Virus record (IMG/VR): IMGVR_UViG_2728369393_000007
DNA: 64,000 bases
DNA from: a virus
Lineage: Duplodnaviria; Heunggongvirae; Uroviricota; Caudoviricetes
Direction: 5' to 3' (one strand)
Below the pieces are notes generated by a model. It was not told the DNA's origin. It saw nothing but the letters and a program-made list of their open reading frames with translations, and did no database searches. This document shows, piece after piece, positions 1 to 8,503 of the stretch. Positions within the stretch are counted from its first letter, which is position 1, and each line of letters opens with the position of its first letter. The position numbers were made by a program, and so were the translations under genes.

Positions 1-303
1 TTAACGCGTATTTTTCAGCGACTCCTGTGCAAAATACGCTGTTGCTTTTTTTAATATATCTCGCTCAAGGCGAGCTTCATTTAACGCCTTACGCAGTTGC
101 AGAATTTCAGATTCCAGTTCAGCCACCGTGCGGGAACCAGGAGTACCGAGCCCTTTTCTGGCGGCGGTAACCCATTGTCCTAAAGTGCCTTCAGGAAGAG
201 ATAATCGGGAAGCGCCTTCACTGATCGAAAGTTGATTTTCAAGAACCGTTCTGACAGCTTCGGCTTTGAACTCTTTAGAGTAACGTTGGGTTTTTCTGCT
301 CAT
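1..303 (-). CDS. IS3-family transposase OrfA (HTH)
   Basis: 100-aa ORF MSRKTQRYSKEFKAEAVRTV...; window starts at its stop codon; identical to second copy. Confidence 0.85.
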   Translation of the reverse strand: MSRKTQRYSKEFKAEAVRTVLENQLSISEGASRLSLPEGTLGQWVTAARKGLGTPGSRTVAELESEILQLRKALNEARLERDILKKATAYFAQESLKNTR

Positions 304-367
304 TATTAGCTCCTTCTGATGCCATTCTATTTCAGGAAGGAGTGTCCGTTAAACTCAGGCTACCTCA
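1..367 (-). mobile_element. IS3-family insertion sequence, IS600-like, copy 1 (cut by window edge)
   Basis: Bases 304-367 are the reverse complement of 14863-14926 (terminal IR TGAGGTAGCCTGAG...); orfA identical to the copy at 14927-15229. Confidence 0.8.
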
Positions 368-618
368 TGTATTGTGAAATTACTGACGGAAAAAGCATTA
401 CGTACATGATCGCCGGGTTAAACAAAGAATATGGCGATGTGGTGGAGTCCGGGCTGCTTTTTGCGGATCCAGTTGTTGTGGAACGTGAGACTGACGAGCT
501 TATAGAAAAAGCTATTGCTTTCAAGCACGCGTATCGTCAGCAATACCAATATTACTTTGCAGATAAACAAATGTCTGCCAGGGGTTCGTATGAGTATCGA
601 TGCACTACGATGGGCTAA
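368..618 (+). pseudogene. 3' fragment of a phage early gene truncated by IS copy 1
   Basis: Reading frame continues out of the IS terminus (…YCEITDGKSITYMIAGLNKEYGD…); no independent start; family not recognised. Confidence 0.3.
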
Positions 619-1630
619 AAAGGTGAAAACCGGCAGTTCATCCAGTAAGTCAGTATTGACCTGGCTTGCTGATATGTGCGGTGCCGATTTGTGTGCATAC
701 CCGTCTGTATCTGCACTGGCAGAAGTAACGGAACTGAACAAAAAGACTGTGCAGGACAGCTTACGACACCTGATGGAGATTGGGTTAATTGTTGATACCG
801 GTGAGAGAAAAGGCAGAACAAAGCAAATTGTGGTGTACCGACTTATCGGTGTAGAAGAAAGTGTTGCCGAGCCTGAATACACCCAAAAACGGGAGTCTTT
901 AAAGGTGGGTAAAATTGGTGCTGTTAATAAAAACAGTACCGAAAATGGTTATGTTTCAGCACAAAACAGACCCAAAAACGGAACTCTTAGCTGCATGGAA
1001 AATAACCAAAGACACCCAAATTTTCCATCAAAGACACCCAAAAACGGATCACGGAACCCAAAGGAACCCAAAGATCTAAACCCCACACATAACGCACGCG
1101 AGAGTGCTCCGACCAGTGAGCAGGAAGTTTTGTCGTTACAGGCAGCCCCCCCTGTATTCCTGTATGGCCTGAGCGAACCCATCGGAAAATTCCCGATGAG
1201 CGATAGCTGGTATCCGTCACGGGATTTTCGACGACGGGCTGCGTTGTGGGGGATGGCTTTGCCGGAGACAGAATTTACACCTGCTGAACTTGCCGCCTTC
1301 CGGGACTACTGGGCAGCGGAGGGGAAAGTGTTTACGCAGATTCAGTGGGAGCAGAAATTCGCCCGTCACGTAAATCACGTCAGGGCGCAGGTTAAACCAG
1401 TCAGCAAAGGGGTAAACCATGCAGCAGCACCAGGTGGCACCGCATCACGGGCAGTTCAGGAAATTCGGGCAGCACGTGAGCAGTGGGAACGTGAAAACGG
1501 ATTTATCAGCGACGGAAACGGCCTGGAAGCTGTGGGAACTCATGGGGGAGGTTTATTCGAACCGCTGGACCCAGAAGAACGGGGCCGCACCTTCGAAGCT
1601 CTGGATTGCACAGATTGGCGCGATGACTGA
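590..1630 (+). CDS. phage replication initiation protein (N-terminal HTH, DnaT-like C-terminal region)
   Basis: ATG 590 with AGGGGT RBS; N-terminal HTH MSIDALRWAKK…LTWLADMCGADLCAYPSVSALAEVT; low-complexity linker; C-terminal SDSWYPSRDFRRRAALWG…FRDYWAAEG motif. Confidence 0.6.
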   Translation: MSIDALRWAKKVKTGSSSSKSVLTWLADMCGADLCAYPSVSALAEVTELNKKTVQDSLRHLMEIGLIVDTGERKGRTKQIVVYRLIGVEESVAEPEYTQKRESLKVGKIGAVNKNSTENGYVSAQNRPKNGTLSCMENNQRHPNFPSKTPKNGSRNPKEPKDLNPTHNARESAPTSEQEVLSLQAAPPVFLYGLSEPIGKFPMSDSWYPSRDFRRRAALWGMALPETEFTPAELAAFRDYWAAEGKVFTQIQWEQKFARHVNHVRAQVKPVSKGVNHAAAPGGTASRAVQEIRAAREQWERENGFISDGNGLEAVGTHGGGLFEPLDPEERGRTFEALDCTDWRDD

Positions 1631-2084
1631 GCAGCAAATCCGGCAGGTCTGCCGCCAGTGCATGGACCGCTGCCGGGCGGGTGAAACATGGCCTCCGGAC
1701 CTGGCTGAGTTTGTGGCACTGATTTCGAAAAGCGGAGCCAATCCATTCGGTCTGACGGTGGATGCTGTGATGGAGGAGTACCGCCGCTGGCGCAATGAGT
1801 CCTGGCGATACGACGGAAGTGATAAGTACCCGTGGTCTCAGCCTGTGCTGTATCACATTTGCCTCGAGATGCGTTCAAAGGGGATTGAGCGCCAGATGAC
1901 CGAAGGGGAATTAAAACGGCTTGCAGAACGGCAACTGACGAAATGGGCAAAGCATGTTAGTAACGGCCTGAGCGTTCCGCCAGTCCGGCGACAACTGGCG
2001 GCCCCCAAACGCCCGTCGGGGCCAACGCCAATTGAGTTGCTGAAACAGGAATATGAACGCCGGAAAGCGGCTGGTTTTGTTTGA
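1419..2084 (+). CDS. replication protein P-like (lambda P family helicase loader)
   Basis: 221 aa, AAAGGGG RBS before ATG 1419; C-terminal half aligns by eye to lambda P; overlaps upstream ORF by 211 nt in another frame, so true start/upstream stop uncertain. Confidence 0.5.
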   Translation: MQQHQVAPHHGQFRKFGQHVSSGNVKTDLSATETAWKLWELMGEVYSNRWTQKNGAAPSKLWIAQIGAMTEQQIRQVCRQCMDRCRAGETWPPDLAEFVALISKSGANPFGLTVDAVMEEYRRWRNESWRYDGSDKYPWSQPVLYHICLEMRSKGIERQMTEGELKRLAERQLTKWAKHVSNGLSVPPVRRQLAAPKRPSGPTPIELLKQEYERRKAAGFV

Positions 2085-2117
2085 GTTGAGAAGTGATTTT
2101 TTACCGGGAGGAAATTT

Positions 2118-2495
2118 ATGGAGACTGTTTTTGACGCACTGAAAGCGATGGGAAAAGCCACGTCGGTAGAGCTGGCTGCGCGACTTGATATCAGTCGTGA
2201 AGAAGTACTGAACGAGCTGTGGGAACTGAAAAAGGCTGGCTTCGTTGATAAAAGCGTATACACCTGGCGTGTGGCTGATAACAACGTTCAGCAGGAACAG
2301 CCAGCGCCAGAAGAAACCACCACGGCAACGCGAGTGCGTGTAACTTTTGATGTCATTCCCGTAGAAACACCGGACAAATTTTCGCTGACAGGTCATGCAG
2401 AAGGTATAAATCTGCAGATTATGGACAATTACGGATATCCGGCAAGAGCCGGAAAAAGCATGCCGCCTCTAATTCTCAGTGGAAGATGGACTTGA
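2118..2495 (+). CDS. hypothetical phage protein (small winged-helix-like)
   Basis: GGGAGG RBS 7 nt before ATG; [43 protein letters not shown]. Confidence 0.5.
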   Translation: METVFDALKAMGKATSVELAARLDISREEVLNELWELKKAGFVDKSVYTWRVADNNVQQEQPAPEETTTATRVRVTFDVIPVETPDKFSLTGHAEGINLQIMDNYGYPARAGKSMPPLILSGRWT

Positions 2496-2746
2496 TTATA
2501 CTCATTGCATTGTCAGAAATAGTTATCCATTAAAGGCTGGCTATTCCAAACAGGATGTTGATTACAAAAATGTAATCAACATGTAAGGTTTATACTCTTC
2601 AATATGCGTATAATTTTCCTTATTTTGTTGACTTTAAATAACAAGCTATGCACGAGGTAAAGTCGGATAAGTTTATCTGGATGTAATATATATTATTTGT
2701 AGTGTTTATAACTTTATTTCATGATAACCAATAAAAGGAGTTTTTT

Positions 2747-3505
2747 ATGAGGAACATAATGGCAGGTTTTTTAATATTCCTGTCTTCTGCTGCTTATGCT
2801 GATATCAATCTGTATGGTCCTGGTGGCCCGCATACAGCCTTGCTTGATGCAGCCAAACTTTATGCCGAAAAAACAGGTATTATAGTGAACGTTCATTACG
2901 GCCCACAGAACAAATGGAATGAAGATGCCAAAAAAAATGCAGATATCTTGTTTGGCGCATCAGAACAATCTGCTCTGGCTATCATTCGGGACCATAAAGA
3001 CAGCTTCAGTGAAAAAGATATTCAGCCTCTTTATCTGCGAAAAAGTATTTTACTGGTAAAGAAAGGTAATCCTAAAAATATCCGGAGTATTGACGACCTG
3101 ACCAGACCTGGGATTGGCGTAATTGTTAATGATGGTGGTGGTACCAGTAATACATCAGGCACTGGCGTCTGGGAAGATATTGCCGGACGTAAAGGGAATA
3201 TAGAAACTGTCGCCGCAATCCGAAAAAATATTATTTTATATGCGCCCAATAGCGGAACTGCACGTAAGGCTCTTGAGAATCAGCCTGGAGCAGATGTCTG
3301 GATAACCTGGGCTGACTGGGCAGCCAGTAATCCAGAAATTGGTGATGTCGTGGAAATAGCGCCAGACTACGTGATATGGCGTGATATGAACATTACAGTA
3401 CGTCAGGATGCAAATGATGAAACCCGTCGATTTGCAGAATGGCTACAAACCGATGAAGCGGCGCCTGCATTCAAAAAATATGGCTGGACCAGGAAAGGCA
3501 CTTGA
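2747..3505 (+). CDS. secreted periplasmic substrate-binding protein (ModA/anion-binding PBP fold), orphan
   Basis: AAAGGAG RBS; signal peptide MRNIMAGFLIFLSSAAYA; PBP type-2 fold features; AT-rich codon usage unlike flanking phage genes; no linked permease/ATPase. Confidence 0.65.
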   Translation: MRNIMAGFLIFLSSAAYADINLYGPGGPHTALLDAAKLYAEKTGIIVNVHYGPQNKWNEDAKKNADILFGASEQSALAIIRDHKDSFSEKDIQPLYLRKSILLVKKGNPKNIRSIDDLTRPGIGVIVNDGGGTSNTSGTGVWEDIAGRKGNIETVAAIRKNIILYAPNSGTARKALENQPGADVWITWADWAASNPEIGDVVEIAPDYVIWRDMNITVRQDANDETRRFAEWLQTDEAAPAFKKYGWTRKGT

Positions 3506-3840
3506 CATCCTCGTCCTTCAGGACGTGGATTCTTTTTCCGGATGCCGCGCCAGCGGCATGTAGGGGCAGCTCACAAAACGGAAAAAATTGTACGCTAAGC
3601 CTCGCCAGGTGAACTGAATTCATTCCGATATGGGAATTCCCATATCGGGCGAAAACGGTTTGCTGTAACGGCAGAGTTAAGTAGGATTGCTGCGGGTGCT
3701 TGAGGCTATCTGCCTCGGGCATGAACACCAACGGCAGATAGATAAAAGCCCCACCCGACTATAAATCGAAGTGAGGCCCCTATATGCTCGTCACATATAG
3801 ATTGCCTCTTACGGACCGAAAGGTCAAGGAGAAGCAGGCT

Positions 3841-3996
3841 ATGAAGCAGCAAAAGGCGATGTTAATCGCCCTGATCGTCATCTGTTTAACCGTCATAGTG
3901 ACGGCACTGGTAACGAGGAAAGACCTCTGCGAGGTACGAATCCGAACCGGCCAGACGGAGGTCGCTGTCTTCACAGCTTACGAACCTGAGGAGTAA
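3841..3996 (+). CDS. hokD: Hok/Gef family type I toxin (HokD/RelF-like)
   Basis: 51 aa MKQQKAMLIALIVICLTVIVTALVTRKDLCEVRIRTGQTEVAVFTAYEPEE, AGGAG RBS; single TM helix. Confidence 0.8.
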   Translation: MKQQKAMLIALIVICLTVIVTALVTRKDLCEVRIRTGQTEVAVFTAYEPEE

Positions 3997-4061
3997 GAGA
4001 CCAGGCGGGGGAGAAATCCCTCGCCACCTCTGATGTGTCAGGCATCCTCAACGCACCCGCA

Positions 4062-4087
4062 CTTAACCCGCTTCGGCGGGTTTTTTG
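4062..4087 (+). terminator. rho-independent terminator after hokD
   Basis: CCCGC-TTCG-GCGGG stem-loop followed by T7. Confidence 0.55.
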
Positions 4088-4269
4088 TTGTTTATTTTTA
4101 GTGGGGTTGATCTTTTTGATTGCGTCATCACGTTTGCCTGTAAAGGCATCGCGGATGTATTGAACAGATAATGAGCCAACATAGAATCAAAAATTCTTAA
4201 GTAGCGCGCAGGGAGAAGATGGATGGACCCCAAACAGGGGAGTGCTATTTATCTGGAAGGATTCTGTTG

Positions 4270-4530
4270 ATGAAAATCGAAGAATTACGTGAAATTTTTA
4301 GTGAAGATGGCCTCTATACTGTGCGCGTTGAGAATGGCGCTATTGTCAGCCACTGCCGTATTAAATGTTTACAGTCTCAACAAAGGAAGAGTGGAGCTGC
4401 GTTAATTCATTTGGTGGATGGGCTTGTGACGGATGGTTTTATTTTGCGTGCAAATGAATTTGTCACATCGTTGTCGTCTCTGAAAGAAGCTGGGATTAAG
4501 GCTGGTTTTTTTGCTTTTGAAGATGAGTGA
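4270..4530 (+). CDS. hypothetical protein (Qin prophage rem-like position)
   Basis: 86-aa ORF MKIEELREIFSEDGLYTVRVENGAIV… directly downstream of hokD. Confidence 0.4.
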   Translation: MKIEELREIFSEDGLYTVRVENGAIVSHCRIKCLQSQQRKSGAALIHLVDGLVTDGFILRANEFVTSLSSLKEAGIKAGFFAFEDE

Positions 4531-4596
4531 ATTCATCTACAATTCAGCGCAGGGCTGAACCCCTGTTGAGTAACACTGTGCCACCGGAGAAAGCCG

Positions 4597-4875
4597 ATGG
4601 CGCAAAATTCCAGATCACACAATTCTGATAATCTCGCTGTCTTTGCCAGCAGGCACGGGCGGCATTCGCACGCATTCAAATCTGACTGGTTCCAGCATGA
4701 TCCATGCACTGAAGAACAGGCTGAATGGATAATTCAGTGTTACCGCAGGCGCGGATACGAGGTTAAGAAAGCCCTCAGCCTCGATTATCGTCACTGGATA
4801 ATCTCCGTCAGGCTTCCTTACTCCGAACGCCCACCGTGTCCGTCCCGCACATTCCAGCAACGAATCTGGAGGTAA
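4597..4875 (+). CDS. hypothetical protein
   Basis: 92-aa ORF ending 2 nt before DUF968 ORF; no recognisable motif. Confidence 0.3.
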   Translation: MAQNSRSHNSDNLAVFASRHGRHSHAFKSDWFQHDPCTEEQAEWIIQCYRRRGYEVKKALSLDYRHWIISVRLPYSERPPCPSRTFQQRIWR

Positions 4876-4948
4876 CGTGCGGGTATTACTTCGACCTGTT
4901 CTGGTACCGGAACTCGGGCTGGTGGTCCTTAAGCCAGGTCGTGAATCC

Positions 4949-5932
4949 ATGCAGGTATTTCACAATCCTCGAGTGCTGGTGGAGCCGGAACCAAAAAGCA
5001 TGCGTAATCTGCCGTCCGGGGTCGTTCCTGCCGTTCGCCAGCCGCTGGCGGAGGATAAATCATTACTGCCGTTTTTCAGTAACGAACGGGTGATTCGTGC
5101 TGCTGGTGGTGCTGGTGCATTGTCTGACTGGCTGTTGCGCCATATTAAATCCTGCCAGTGGCCACACGGCGATTATCATCACAGTGAAACCGTCATACAT
5201 CGTTACGGTACCGGCGCAATGGTGTTGTGCTGGCACTGCGACAACCAGTTGCGTGACCAGACATCCGAATCACTCGAGCAACTTGCTCATCAAAACCTGT
5301 CAGCATGGATGATTGACGTCATCGGTCACGCAATAAGCGGTACGCAGGAGCGTGAATTATCTCTGGCTGAATTATCCTGGTGGGCGGTCCGCAATCAGGT
5401 GGCGGACGCGCTACCGGAAGCGGTATTACGTCGTTCGCTGGGGTTGCGTGCGGAAAAAATCCGCTCAATGTACCGTGAAAGTGACATCGTACCGGGAGAG
5501 CAGACCGCCACCAGCATACTGAAGCAGCGCACAAAAAATCTTGCGCCGCTGCCTCACGCCCACCAGCAAAACCCGCCACAGGAAAAGACGGTGGTCAGCA
5601 TTGCCGTTGATCCGGAGTCACCGGCTCAGTATCTCCAGCGCCAGAAACCACAACGGGAAGAGATGCCTGTATACACGCGCTGGGTAAAAACGCAGAAATG
5701 CATGACGTGCGGTAATCAGGCAGATGATCCGCATCACATCATTGGTCATGGACTGGGAGGGATGGGAACAAAGGCTGATGATTTGTTTGTTATTCCGCTG
5801 TGCCGTAAATGTCATAACGAACTGCACGCCGGGGTAAAAGATTTTGAAGAAAAACACGGCAGCCAGCTGTTGTTGCTGATTCGTTTTTTAATGCACGCGA
5901 GAAATTCGGGTGTCCTGAAGTGGAAAGCATGA
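4949..5932 (+). CDS. DUF968 family protein (YdfU-like)
   Basis: C-terminal Cys/His cluster CMTCGNQADDPHHIIGHGLGGMGTKADDLFVIPLCRKCHNELH; paralog of 53247-54152. Confidence 0.65.
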   Translation: MQVFHNPRVLVEPEPKSMRNLPSGVVPAVRQPLAEDKSLLPFFSNERVIRAAGGAGALSDWLLRHIKSCQWPHGDYHHSETVIHRYGTGAMVLCWHCDNQLRDQTSESLEQLAHQNLSAWMIDVIGHAISGTQERELSLAELSWWAVRNQVADALPEAVLRRSLGLRAEKIRSMYRESDIVPGEQTATSILKQRTKNLAPLPHAHQQNPPQEKTVVSIAVDPESPAQYLQRQKPQREEMPVYTRWVKTQKCMTCGNQADDPHHIIGHGLGGMGTKADDLFVIPLCRKCHNELHAGVKDFEEKHGSQLLLLIRFLMHARNSGVLKWKA

Positions 5933-6298
5933 ATGACTGAACGGATAGAATTTGTTTTGCCTTACCCGCCGACGGTGAATACCTACTGGCGACGTCATGG
6001 CAATACGTATTTCATCTCGGAAGCCGGAAAGCGTTATCGCCGTGATGTGGCGCTAATTGTTCGCCAGCAGCGGCTGAAATTAAACCTGTCCGGAAGGCTG
6101 GTGATAAAGATTATTGCAGAGCCACCGGATAAGCGCCGTCGTGACCTGGACAATATCCTGAAAGCACCACTGGATGTGCTGACGCATGCCGGACTTCTCA
6201 TAGACGACGAGCAGTTTGATGAAATCAATATTGTGCGCGGTCAGCTCGTTCCTGGTGGGCGGCTGGGGATAAAAATCACAGAACTGGAGTGCGCATGA
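5933..6298 (+). CDS. rusA: RusA-family Holliday junction resolvase
   Basis: 121 aa; PYPPTVNTYW…RRDLDN…LIDDEQ motifs match RusA. Confidence 0.8.
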   Translation: MTERIEFVLPYPPTVNTYWRRHGNTYFISEAGKRYRRDVALIVRQQRLKLNLSGRLVIKIIAEPPDKRRRDLDNILKAPLDVLTHAGLLIDDEQFDEINIVRGQLVPGGRLGIKITELECA

Positions 6299-6984
6299 AT
6301 AACCACTATTTACAGTTTGTGCGTGAGCAGCTCATTATCGCCACCGCTGATTTGAGTGGGGCAACAAAAGGTCAGCTTGAAGCCTGGCAGGAGAATGCCA
6401 TGTTCGATACAGGGCGTTACAGGCGAAAAAAAATCCGGTACCGCGATGAAGTGACTGGAAAAATGATAACGCGGGATAATCCACCAATCCCGGGAAAGCA
6501 ATCGCTGGCGAAGGGGACGTCAATTCCTCTGGTCAGTCCGGTTGAGTTTTCGACATCATCGTGGCGGCGGGCTGTTCTGTCTCTTGAAGAACATCATAAA
6601 GCCTGGTTGTTGTGGTGTTACAGCGGGAGTATTTGTTGGGAATATCAGATCGCGATAACACAGTGGGCGTGGAATGAATTTAATACTCAATCCGGTACCA
6701 GAAAAATTGCTGGGAAAACGCAGGAACGCCTGAAAAAATTAATCTGGCTGGCGGCGCAGGCAGTAAAAGCAGAACTTTTTGGTGGGGAAGGTTATGAATA
6801 TCAGGAGCTGGCATTACTGGCGGGAGTGACAACTAAAAACTGGTCCAAAACATTTACTCGTCACTGGGTTGCAATGAAACACATTTTTCACCGACTGGAT
6901 AGTGAGGCTTTATTATTTGTAATGAGAACACGTTCAAAACAAAAGGCGGCATTTTCAAAGCAAAGTGTTGCAAAAGTAGATTGA
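6295..6984 (+). CDS. late antiterminator Q-like protein (Qin quuQ-like)
   Basis: ATGA overlap with rusA stop, GGAG RBS; position immediately upstream of a terminator and the tRNA/lysis region. Confidence 0.5.
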   Translation: MNNHYLQFVREQLIIATADLSGATKGQLEAWQENAMFDTGRYRRKKIRYRDEVTGKMITRDNPPIPGKQSLAKGTSIPLVSPVEFSTSSWRRAVLSLEEHHKAWLLWCYSGSICWEYQIAITQWAWNEFNTQSGTRKIAGKTQERLKKLIWLAAQAVKAELFGGEGYEYQELALLAGVTTKNWSKTFTRHWVAMKHIFHRLDSEALLFVMRTRSKQKAAFSKQSVAKVD

Positions 6985-7051
6985 AAGGCATATATTTCAT
7001 GCAAATCTGATATTTTGCCGATTTTGTACGTGATGGCAAAAGCAAACAAAA

Positions 7052-7075
7052 CCCGCCCACAAGCGGGTTTTTTTG
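7052..7075 (+). terminator. rho-independent terminator downstream of Q (tR'-like)
   Basis: CCCGC-CCACAA-GCGGG + T7. Confidence 0.55.
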
Positions 7076-7141
7076 TGCCACTTATCTCGGATAGACATGG
7101 TGAATGCGCTGGTGGAGGAGATAAGGGTGATTTTTGTATGC

Positions 7142-7170
7142 TTGCAACATTGATTTCGTAACGTTATTAT
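7142..7170 (+). promoter_or_regulatory. sigma70-like promoter for the tRNA cluster
   Basis: TTGCAA-17 bp-TATTAT followed by GC-rich discriminator, ~10 bp before tRNA 5' end. Confidence 0.45.
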
Positions 7171-7179
7171 CCTGCGCCC

Positions 7180-7255
7180 GGCCCTTTAGCTCAGTGGTGA
7201 GAGCGAGCGACTCATAATCGCCAGGTCGCTGGTTCAAATCCAGCAAGGGCCACCA
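7180..7255 (+). tRNA. ileZ: tRNA with CAU anticodon, Ile2 (lysidine)-type, phage ileZ-like
   Basis: Cloverleaf GGCCCTT/AAGGGCC acceptor, GCTC/GAGC D-stem, CTCATAA anticodon loop, TTCAAAT T-loop, encoded CCA. Confidence 0.8.
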
Positions 7256-7256
7256 A

Positions 7257-7332
7257 CCGCCACTAGCCATCAGGAAAGAGCGTCAACCCTTTAAGTTGAG
7301 TGTGCGAGGTTCGAGTCCCCGGTGGTGGTCCA
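7257..7332 (+). tRNA. tRNA-like sequence at the argN position, non-canonical
   Basis: 76 nt, good acceptor (one G-U), TTCGAGT T-loop and encoded CCA, but D-stem pairs only 2 bp and anticodon loop CCTTTAA has C33. Confidence 0.4.
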
Positions 7333-7345
7333 TTATCGGTATTCT

Positions 7346-7420
7346 GCGTTGTTAGCTCAGCAGGACAGAGCAATTGCCTTCTAAGCAATCGGTCACTGGT
7401 TCGACTCCAGTACAACGCGC
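7346..7420 (+). tRNA. argO: tRNA-Arg (UCU), phage argO-like
   Basis: GCGTTGT/ACAACGC acceptor, GCTC/GAGC D-stem, ATTGC-CTTCTAA-GCAAT anticodon arm, TTCGACT T-loop. Confidence 0.75.
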
Positions 7421-7435
7421 TACACTTATTTTCCC

Positions 7436-7459
7436 GGCTCGCTTTTGCGGGCCTTTTTT
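7436..7459 (+). terminator. rho-independent terminator after tRNA cluster
   Basis: 7-bp stem (one G-U) with TTTT loop followed by T6. Confidence 0.5.
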
Positions 7460-7592
7460 GTATCTGCGCCACGCCCGGCGCATACCAACCACAGAGCCTT
7501 TCGGGGGGGGAGCTTACGGAGTGGTCAGTGTGACTTTCTCTGTGGGCAGATCGCTCCCGGGCGTTGGCTCACCCACCCAAAGGAACGTCACG

Positions 7593-8025
7593 ATGTTTGG
7601 TATTTTTGGTAAAAAAAGCCCGCAGAGCGGCAACGGAAATTAAAAAGTTTGAAAAACGCGATCTGGCACAGGTGGTGATTAACGCCGCATACCTGGTGGC
7701 CTATGCAGATGGTGAATGTGAGGCTTCCTAGAAAGCGAAGATCGAACAGGTACTGCGTAATCAGCCTGCGCTGTACGCGTTTACGTCAGAAATTAATGCG
7801 ATTAGCGCAACCATTATCGGTCAGCTGGATACGAACTTTAAAACTGGTCGTCGTGCGGTGTTACGTGAGATCGAGGATGTGAAACACGATACGCGTGAAG
7901 CGGAAGATGTGCTGGATGTGGCGGTGGCCATTGCGGAGGCAGACGGCGAAATTGAGCCGGAAGAGCGCAAGGTGCTGGAAGAGATTGCCGGTGTTCTGGG
8001 TCTTCGTCTGGAGAATTACCTGTGA
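7593..8025 (+). pseudogene. TerB-like (tellurite-resistance TerB fold) gene, disrupted
   Basis: ATG 7593 with AAAGGA RBS gives MFGIFGKKSPQSGNGN*; +1 frame from 7636 continues …EIKKFEKRDLAQVVINAAYLVAYADGECEAS(TAG)KAKIEQVL…DGEIEPEERKVLEEIAGVLGL; frameshift in A7 run 7611-7617 plus in-frame TAG 7729-7731. Confidence 0.55.
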
Positions 8026-8189
8026 CGGTAAAACTGCGCCTGACTGTGGCTGCACTCCTGCTGTTTCTGGTGGTGATGGTGGATTTCACCAGCAGAATCA
8101 TGTCGGTGCTGGCGGATGGGGTGCTGGTCTGCGGCATTATGGTATTGCTGTGGCCGGTGATAAAAAGAAACAGCCTGCATAATGCTTGA
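8022..8189 (+). CDS. small membrane protein (two predicted TM helices)
   Basis: GTG start overlapping TerB stop; 55 aa; not in ORF track (<60 aa). Confidence 0.3.
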   Translation: MTVKLRLTVAALLLFLVVMVDFTSRIMSVLADGVLVCGIMVLLWPVIKRNSLHNA

Positions 8190-8390
8190 TTTTTTTGTTT
8201 GCTGTTTATTAAAAACACTTCTGCATGGTGAATCCCCCTGTGCGGTGGGGCAATCAGCAAGAAGGAATATGGGGTAATCGCGGATTCAGGTGCTGATACT
8301 GAATTCACCGGGAGGCACCCGGCACCATGCTTTGCCACAAAAGTGTTATTTCTGTTTTTCTCAAACTATCATCGTTATCCCTTTATTTTC

Positions 8391-8417
8391 GGCTGCGCAT
8401 GGCGCGGCCTTTTTTTT
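8391..8417 (+). terminator. rho-independent terminator upstream of nanS-p
   Basis: GGCTGCGC-ATG-GCGCGGCC stem-loop + T8. Confidence 0.5.
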
Positions 8418-8503
8418 ACGACCAGCCACTGGCAGATGGTCATCCTGTGATTTGATTCCGCTTCCGGCTTTTTAACTCTGTTCCTCTACACGGGAGAAAT
8501 TCG

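Noticed and set aside
7838-8338. 166-aa minus-strand ORF
   Set aside because: Antisense shadow of the TerB-like coding region; Pro/Ser/His-rich composition, no RBS
7460-8500. Looked for stxA/stxB between the phage tRNA cluster and nanS-p
   Set aside because: No ORFs resembling Shiga toxin subunits; the interval holds a decayed TerB-like gene, a small membrane ORF and terminators
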